Shown here in pieces: positions 58,869 through 64,000 of a DNA stretch of 64,000 bases. The stretch covers positions 192,719 to 256,718 of the forward strand of contig CAWEHE010000008.1 in the NCBI GenBank assembly GCA_963808735.1, given 5' to 3'. This stretch comes from an uncultured Thermoleophilia bacterium (lineage in GTDB: Bacteria > Actinomycetota > Thermoleophilia > UBA2241). Made by a program: the position numbers and the translations under genes. The number at the start of each line of letters is the position of its first letter. Positions within the stretch are counted from its first letter, which is position 1. The notes beneath the pieces are model-generated. The model was not told the DNA's origin. It saw nothing but the letters and a program-made list of their open reading frames with translations, and did no database searches.

Positions 58869-60538
58869 CGGTGGACGACGAGGCCGCCGGCGGGCACCTC
58901 AGCTACGACGAGCCCGACGACCTCTCCGAGGACGGAGGTATCCACGTCGCCGGCAGGAGCAGGCCGGCCGGGGCGACCTCGCCGTTCGGCGGCGAGCGCC
59001 ACCCGGATCCCTGCAGCCTCGTCATGTTCGGGGTCACGGGTGATCTGGCGCACCGCAAGCTGATCCCGGCTCTGTACGACCTCGGCTGTCACGGCGTGCT
59101 GCCGTTCGGGACCACCCTCGTGGGCTACGGCCGCCAGGAGATCAGCGACGAGGAGTTCCGCGAGCGCATGCGCACGGCGATCGACGACCACTACGGCGAA
59201 GAGCTCGTAGACGGCTCGATGTGCGACCGCCTCCTGCAGGCCCCGCGCTACGTGCAGGGACAGTTCGACGACCCGGAGGGCTACGCGCGGCTCGCCGCCG
59301 TGCTCGAGGAGCTCGACGGCCACGGCGCGCGCGGCAACCGCATGTTCTACCTCGCCACGCCGCCCAGCCAGTTCGAGGTGATCGTCAAGCAGCTCGGCGA
59401 CGCGGGCCTGGCCCGCCCCGGCGCCTACGACCGCGAGCACGCCGCCGGCGAGCCGCGGCCGGGCTGGACGCGGGTCGTCATCGAGAAGCCCTTCGGGCGC
59501 GACCTCGAGACGGCGCACGAGCTCGACGGCATCATCGGCCAGGTCTTCGACGAGCGGCAGGTCTACCGGATCGACCATTACCTGGCCAAGGAGACCGTGC
59601 AGAACCTGCTGGTCCTGCGCTTCGCCAACGGCATCTTCGAGCCGGTCTGGAACCGGCGCTACGTCGACTTCGTGGAGATCACGGCCGCGGAGACTCTAGG
59701 CGTCGAACACCGCGGCCCGTACTACGAGGAGGCCGGCGCGCTGCGGGACATGATCACGCCGCACCTCATCCAGCTGTTCTCGCTGGTCGCCATGGAGCCG
59801 CCGGCCGCGTTCGACGCCGACGGCGTGCGCGACGAGAAGATGAAGCTGCTGCGCGCGGTGCGCCCGATCCCGCTGCAGGCGGTCGACGATTGGGCGGTGC
59901 GCGCGCAGTACGTCCAGGGCCGGGTGCACGGAGAGGACGTCCCGGCCTACCGCGCCGAGGAGCGGGTGGCGCCGGACTCCCACACCGAGACCTACGCGGC
60001 GCTGAAGCTCGTCGTCGACAACTGGCGCTGGCAGGGCGTGCCGTTCTACCTGCGCACCGGCAAGCGGCTGCCGCGCCGCGTCACCGAGATCGCCATCCAC
60101 TTCAAGCGGCCGCCGGTCGCGCTCTTCCGCGACGCCGCCGCGGGCGGCGGCCTGCAACCCAACGTGCTGGTGCTGCGCGTGCAGCCCGATGAGGGCTTCT
60201 CGCTCAGCATCGAGTCCAAGCGGCCCGGCCACGCCGTCGCGCTGCAGGCCGTGGCCATGGACTACTCCTACGGCGTGACCCTGCACGAGCTGCCCTTCAG
60301 CGCCTACGAGACCGTACTCGTGGACGCCATGGAGGGCGACATGACCCTGTTCACGCGCGGCGACCAGGCCGAGGAGGCGTGGCGCATCGTCGGCCCCGTC
60401 CTCGAGGCGTGGGCGAAACGGCCGGAGCGTGACATCTCCATTTACGAGGCCGGCAGCTGGGGGCCCGAGGCGGCGGACGCGCTCATCGCCCGCAGCGGCC
60501 ACTCCTGGCGCCGGCCCGGGAAGGATGACGAGACGTGA
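58865..60538 (+). CDS. zwf: glucose-6-phosphate 1-dehydrogenase
   Basis: FGVTGDLAHRKL NADP site. DHYLAKETVQNLLVLRFAN signature. Confidence 0.9.
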   Translation: MTVDDEAAGGHLSYDEPDDLSEDGGIHVAGRSRPAGATSPFGGERHPDPCSLVMFGVTGDLAHRKLIPALYDLGCHGVLPFGTTLVGYGRQEISDEEFRERMRTAIDDHYGEELVDGSMCDRLLQAPRYVQGQFDDPEGYARLAAVLEELDGHGARGNRMFYLATPPSQFEVIVKQLGDAGLARPGAYDREHAAGEPRPGWTRVVIEKPFGRDLETAHELDGIIGQVFDERQVYRIDHYLAKETVQNLLVLRFANGIFEPVWNRRYVDFVEITAAETLGVEHRGPYYEEAGALRDMITPHLIQLFSLVAMEPPAAFDADGVRDEKMKLLRAVRPIPLQAVDDWAVRAQYVQGRVHGEDVPAYRAEERVAPDSHTETYAALKLVVDNWRWQGVPFYLRTGKRLPRRVTEIAIHFKRPPVALFRDAAAGGGLQPNVLVLRVQPDEGFSLSIESKRPGHAVALQAVAMDYSYGVTLHELPFSAYETVLVDAMEGDMTLFTRGDQAEEAWRIVGPVLEAWAKRPERDISIYEAGSWGPEAADALIARSGHSWRRPGKDDET

Positions 60539-61284
60539 GCATCGAGATCCTGCCGGACGGCGACGCGTTGGCGCTGCGCACCGCCGACCTCTTCGCCATG
60601 GCGGCGCAGGAGGCGGCGGCGGCGCGCGGCCGCTTCGCCGTCGCGCTCGCCGGCGGCGAGACGCCGCGCGCGCTGTACCGCCTGCTCGCCCGCCAGCAGT
60701 TCAGCCAGAAGATCCCGTGGCGCCGCGTCCAGCTCTATTGGGGCGACGAGCGCTGCGTGCCGCCCGAGGATCCGCAGAGCAACTACGGCATGGCGCGTGA
60801 ATCGTTCATCAAGCACGTGCCGATCGCCGATACGAACGTGCACCGGATGCGCGGCGAGGACGCACCGGAGGAGGCCGCGAAGGCGTACGACGCCGAGCTG
60901 CGAGGCCTGGCCGCCCAGGAGCGGCCGCGAGTCGACGTGCCGGTGTTCGACCTCGTGCTGCTCGGCCTCGGCACCGACGGCCACACAGCCTCGCTCTTCC
61001 CCCACAGCGACGCGCTCGCCGTCGAGGACCACTTCGCCGTCGCGACCGCGGCGCCCGACGGCTCGCCGCGGCTCACGGTGACGGCGCCGGTGCTCAACGC
61101 CGCGCGCCGGGTCTGGTTCCTGGTCAGCGGCGCCAAGAAGGCGGGCATGGTCGCCGAGGTACTCGAGGGCCTGCGTGTGCCCAACGCGGTGCCCGCGCAG
61201 GGCGTCGCGCCGGTCCACGGCGTGCTGACGTGGTTCCTCGACGAGGCCGCCGCGGCCGAGCTCAGCCCGGACGCGCGGGCGTAG
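60535..61284 (+). CDS. pgl: 6-phosphogluconolactonase
   Basis: 249 aa. LLGLGTDGHTASLFP motif. Start overlaps the zwf stop. Confidence 0.85.
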   Translation: MSIEILPDGDALALRTADLFAMAAQEAAAARGRFAVALAGGETPRALYRLLARQQFSQKIPWRRVQLYWGDERCVPPEDPQSNYGMARESFIKHVPIADTNVHRMRGEDAPEEAAKAYDAELRGLAAQERPRVDVPVFDLVLLGLGTDGHTASLFPHSDALAVEDHFAVATAAPDGSPRLTVTAPVLNAARRVWFLVSGAKKAGMVAEVLEGLRVPNAVPAQGVAPVHGVLTWFLDEAAAAELSPDARA

Positions 61285-61410
61285 CCCATCAGATCCGGGC
61301 GGCACGGCCTTCCGCCGGACCGAACCTTCTCGTCGACGGCATGAGCGTCATACGATTGTTGTATCGATGATGGCAGCGTATGATGATGGGGATCGACGAG
61401 GAGGTCCTTC

Positions 61411-61620
61411 ATGGCGCGCGCGACCGTTTCCCCCAAGTTCCAGATCGTCATCCCCAAGGAGATCAGAGAGCGCCTCGACCTGAAGCCGGGTCAGCAGGTG
61501 GCGCTCATCGACCGCGACGGCTACGTGGCTCTGGTCCCGCAGCGGCCGATCTCCGAGCTGCGCGGCATCCTCAAGGGCGCCCCACTCGATGACTATCGCG
61601 ACGAGACCGACAGGTACTGA
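61411..61620 (+). CDS. vapB: AbrB/MazE-type (SpoVT-AbrB fold) antitoxin
   Basis: 69 aa. ATVSPKFQIVIPKEIRERLDLKPGQQVALIDRDG. Confidence 0.65.
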   Translation: MARATVSPKFQIVIPKEIRERLDLKPGQQVALIDRDGYVALVPQRPISELRGILKGAPLDDYRDETDRY

Positions 61621-61623
61621 GCC

Positions 61624-62004
61624 GTGTGGGTCCTGGATTCGTCGATCTGGGTCGAGTTTTACGGCGGAGGGCCTCTTGCGGGCGACTGTGCGAAGTACGT
61701 CGCCATGGAGCGCGAGATCTTCACGCCGGTCCAGGTGCTGTACGAGGTCTACCGCTGGGCCCAGCGGAACGGAGGCGACGCAACGGCCATGGCGATCGTG
61801 TCTCACCTCGAGTTCACTCGCTTCGTGCCCGGCGATGTCACGACCGCGATCGTCGCCGTGGACATGAGCACCGACCACGGGTTGGCCGCGGCGGACGCGA
61901 TGATCTACGCGACGGCTCGCTTGAAGCGGTGCGAGCTCGTCACTGCGGACGCGGACTTCCGCGGTCTGCCGGGAGTCACCCTTCTCGAGCGTGCCGCGGA
62001 GTGA
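61624..62004 (+). CDS. vapC: PIN-domain toxin VapC
   Basis: 126 aa. N-terminal LDSSIW acidic Asp. Conserved distal Asp in VTADADF. Confidence 0.65.
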   Translation: MWVLDSSIWVEFYGGGPLAGDCAKYVAMEREIFTPVQVLYEVYRWAQRNGGDATAMAIVSHLEFTRFVPGDVTTAIVAVDMSTDHGLAAADAMIYATARLKRCELVTADADFRGLPGVTLLERAAE

Positions 62005-62594
62005 GCCGGCCTGTCCCCGTTCTGCGCGGGCCGCGGGTCACGCTGCGCCCGCCTGCGGCCGGCGACGCCGACGCCGCGAGGCGCATCGGCGTCCACCCCG
62101 AGATCCACCGGTTCTTCGGCTACGAGGTCCCCGAGTGGCGCGAGCTGACCCCCGTTGAGGCCGAGTGGCTGGTCGCCGATCTCGCGCCGTCATCGAGGGC
62201 CGTGACATGGGTCGTGGATGCGGGGAGGGGCTTCATCGGCACGGCCGCACTGCACTCGTTCGACGAGGCTTCCGGCACGGCCGCCTACGCGGTCGGTCTG
62301 CTTGCCCCCGAGGCGCTTGGTCGCGGGCTCGGCACCGAGGTGACGCGCCTCGTGCTCGCGCACGCCTTCCACGACCTGAGACTGACCGCGCTGACCGTGC
62401 GCGTGCTCGAGTTCAACGCGCGGGCGATCGCCTGCTACGCCCGCTCAGGATTCTCCTTCGACCGGCGAGAGCCCGACGCGGTCTCGCTGGACGGCGTGTC
62501 GTACGCGGACATCCTGATGCGGCTAGAGGCCGGGCGCTACCGGCGGCTGGCGCCCACGTGGGGCGCCGTGGGGGAGTCTCCGGATCTCTTCTGA
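62001..62594 (+). CDS. GNAT-family N-acetyltransferase (RimJ/RimL-like)
   Basis: GTG 62001 overlaps the vapC stop. ..LAPEALGRGLGTEVTRLVLAHAF.. motif A. Confidence 0.65.
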   Translation: MSRPVPVLRGPRVTLRPPAAGDADAARRIGVHPEIHRFFGYEVPEWRELTPVEAEWLVADLAPSSRAVTWVVDAGRGFIGTAALHSFDEASGTAAYAVGLLAPEALGRGLGTEVTRLVLAHAFHDLRLTALTVRVLEFNARAIACYARSGFSFDRREPDAVSLDGVSYADILMRLEAGRYRRLAPTWGAVGESPDLF

Positions 62595-62831
62595 GCCGGC
62601 GGACGCCGCTTCGCGTCCCACATGCAGTCTCGCACACGGGGTAGAGTGCCGTGCGGGCCTCGTGCCCGTGCCGCGACGCGTCGTGGAGTCGCGCACGGCC
62701 AACGAAGGAGTAGACGTGAGCGAGTCTGATCAGACGCATACGGATCCGGCGCGGTCCTTCAGGGAGTCCCCCGAGGCGCACTCCTCGCGGTCGGCGGGCT
62801 GTACGGCGATCCGCGCCTCACGACGTCCGTG

Positions 62832-62990
62832 ATGTCGGCCGCCAACGAGGGGTCGCGCAACAGGCGCCGCCCATGGCTGTGGGCACTGGGCTGGGTGGGC
62901 GGCTTCGTCGTCGTCATCGCCGTTTCATCCTCATCGTGCGCTGACCTGCAGGCGCCGACGGCGCGCCCGGTGCGTCACCGGTACGTCTGA
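62832..62990 (+). CDS. possible small membrane protein (52 aa)
   Basis: MSAANEGSRNRRRPWLWALGWVGGFVVVIAVSS.. Below the ORF-track cutoff. Paralogous to 63085..63312. Confidence 0.2.
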   Translation: MSAANEGSRNRRRPWLWALGWVGGFVVVIAVSSSSCADLQAPTARPVRHRYV

Positions 62991-63084
62991 GCTTCAGCTC
63001 CGGTGATACCCGGAAGCGGCAAGCAGACCGTTGTTGAGGTGGGTATACTCAAATCAAGAGCGGCGGCGACGGAAGGTGGTCACC

Positions 63085-63312
63085 ATGGGGTCTGCTCCGA
63101 AGCACCTCGAGCCGAACGAAGCGGGCACGGAGTCACGGGATGCGCAGTCGGCCTGGGTCGGCGGGGGGCGGTCGCAACCTCTGCTCTCGGCCTCTCGGTT
63201 CGGCGCCGCGAATGAAGGCTCTCGTGGCCGCCGGCACCCCTACGCGTGGGCCGCCGCCTGGGTCGGCGGCGCGGTCGCCGTCGTGGCGGCGCTCATCCTC
63301 ATCCTCCGCTGA
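63085..63312 (+). CDS. possible small membrane protein (75 aa), paralog of 62832..62990
   Basis: ATG 63085 after GAAGGTGG. ..FGAANEGSRGRRHPYAWAAAWVGGAVAVVAALILILR. Confidence 0.3.
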   Translation: MGSAPKHLEPNEAGTESRDAQSAWVGGGRSQPLLSASRFGAANEGSRGRRHPYAWAAAWVGGAVAVVAALILILR

Positions 63313-63387
63313 TCGGCGCCGCAGAGCCCGTTCGGCGTCTCTCCCCGGAAGTCGCGTCTGGGCTTTCTGACCCGGTGGTACACTGAG

Positions 63388-63772
63388 AAGGCAAGCCAGG
63401 TGGCCGCGAGCGGGTCGCGTCGCGGAGCTCTTCGGAGCCCGCAAGGCTCCCGTCCGAGGAAAGTCCGGACACCGCAGAGCAGGGCGCTGGCTAACGGCCA
63501 GCCGGGGAAACCCGAGGGAAAGCGCAACAGAGAGCAGACCGCCAGCGGCCCCTTTCGAGGGGTGCGGGTAAGGGTGAAACGGTGAGGTAAGAGCTCACCA
63601 GCGGTCCTGGCGACAGGCCGGCTCGGCAAGCCCCGCCCGGTGCAAGACCAAATAGGGGAGCGTTCGAGGGTTGCTCGTCCGAGGCTCCCGGGTTTCGGTC
63701 GCATGAGGCGCACGGCAACGTGCGTCCCAGATGGATGGTCACCCACGACAGGATCCGGCTTACGGCTTGCTA
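63388..63772 (+). ncRNA. rnpB: RNase P RNA, bacterial type A
   Basis: GGAAAGTCCGGAC (P4), GGGTGAAACGGTGAGGTAAGAGCTCACCAG, ACAGGATCCGGCTTACGGCTTGC. 5' GCAAGCC pairs with 3' GGCTTGC (P1). Confidence 0.85.
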
Positions 63773-63774
63773 CT

Positions 63775-63812
63775 GAAAGGCCCCTCGGTCCAGCTGGACG
63801 AGGGGCCTTTCC
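63775..63812 (+). terminator. hairpin directly downstream of rnpB
   Basis: AAAGGCCCCTCG-gtccagctggac-GAGGGGCCTTT. Confidence 0.45.
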
Positions 63813-64000
63813 ACTTCTCGGGACGGGATGGCGCTCCGGAGGCGGGAAATGGGCGGGGGGCGAGGGCGGCGAGCGAGTGCCGGCCCGCGCGAGAGGCGTC
63901 GGCCTCGTCGGCGGAGTCCGCGCCCGGCGGGTTATGCTTGCGCATGCGCCCGACCGCCGCACAGATGGCCGCCTCGCTCGGTCTCAGGCCGCACCCCGAG

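Overview
High-GC (about 70%) bacterial chromosomal segment, almost entirely coding; coding is mainly on the + strand. Host phylum cannot be assigned, but the left-hand operon order (hrcA-dnaJ-prmA-mtaB, yqeY, phoH-ybeY-dgkA-cdd-era) is Firmicutes-like.

Layout, left to right:
- 1-14.5 kb: hrcA (3' end), dnaJ, prmA, a MiaB-family methylthiotransferase (probably mtaB), HIT-like, yqeY, phoH-ybeY-dgkA(PAP2 fusion)-cdd-era, deoC, hisI, a GT39-like glycosyltransferase and an MprF-like flippase-domain protein, a SAM methyltransferase, a secreted transglycosylase-like (Rpf-type) protein, tRNA-Leu(CAA).
- 14.6-22 kb: a flavoprotein, then a Dlt-like acylation cluster: carrier protein, small DltX-like membrane protein, AMP-binding ligase, MBOAT, and three paralogous SGNH/DltD-like proteins.
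- 22-38.6 kb: M42 peptidase, PQQ beta-propeller, two MoxR AAA+/VWA modules (one with a HEAT-repeat protein), a cNMP-binding protein, sugar-phosphate isomerases flanking an enolase-superfamily gene, DAK2-DegV fusion, pntA/pntB, and a small secreted protein on the opposite strand.
- 38.8-51.4 kb: a chromosomal integron. A tyrosine-recombinase integron integrase (intI) is co-oriented with about 18 gene cassettes, each ending in an 85-90 bp attC site (inverse core RYYYAAC to core GTTRRRY, imperfect hairpin). This is the most striking feature. Cassettes encode small hypothetical, lipo- and membrane proteins, a GNAT, a MerB-like lyase with an in-frame TGA, three toxin-antitoxin pairs, one duplicated cassette and one decayed paralog.
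- 51.6-64 kb: cassette-like small genes without attC (DUF1801 x2, GFA, ASCH, cupin), then tal-pgi-gnd-zwf-pgl, vapBC, a GNAT and RNase P RNA.

Caveat: at least 14 apparent single-base frameshifts, many at short homopolymers, interrupt otherwise intact genes (mtaB, the MBOAT, intI, pntA, pntB, moxR and others). Assembly indel errors are likely, so pseudogene calls are provisional. Coordinates derived by hand from the sequence lines may be off by 1-2 nt.
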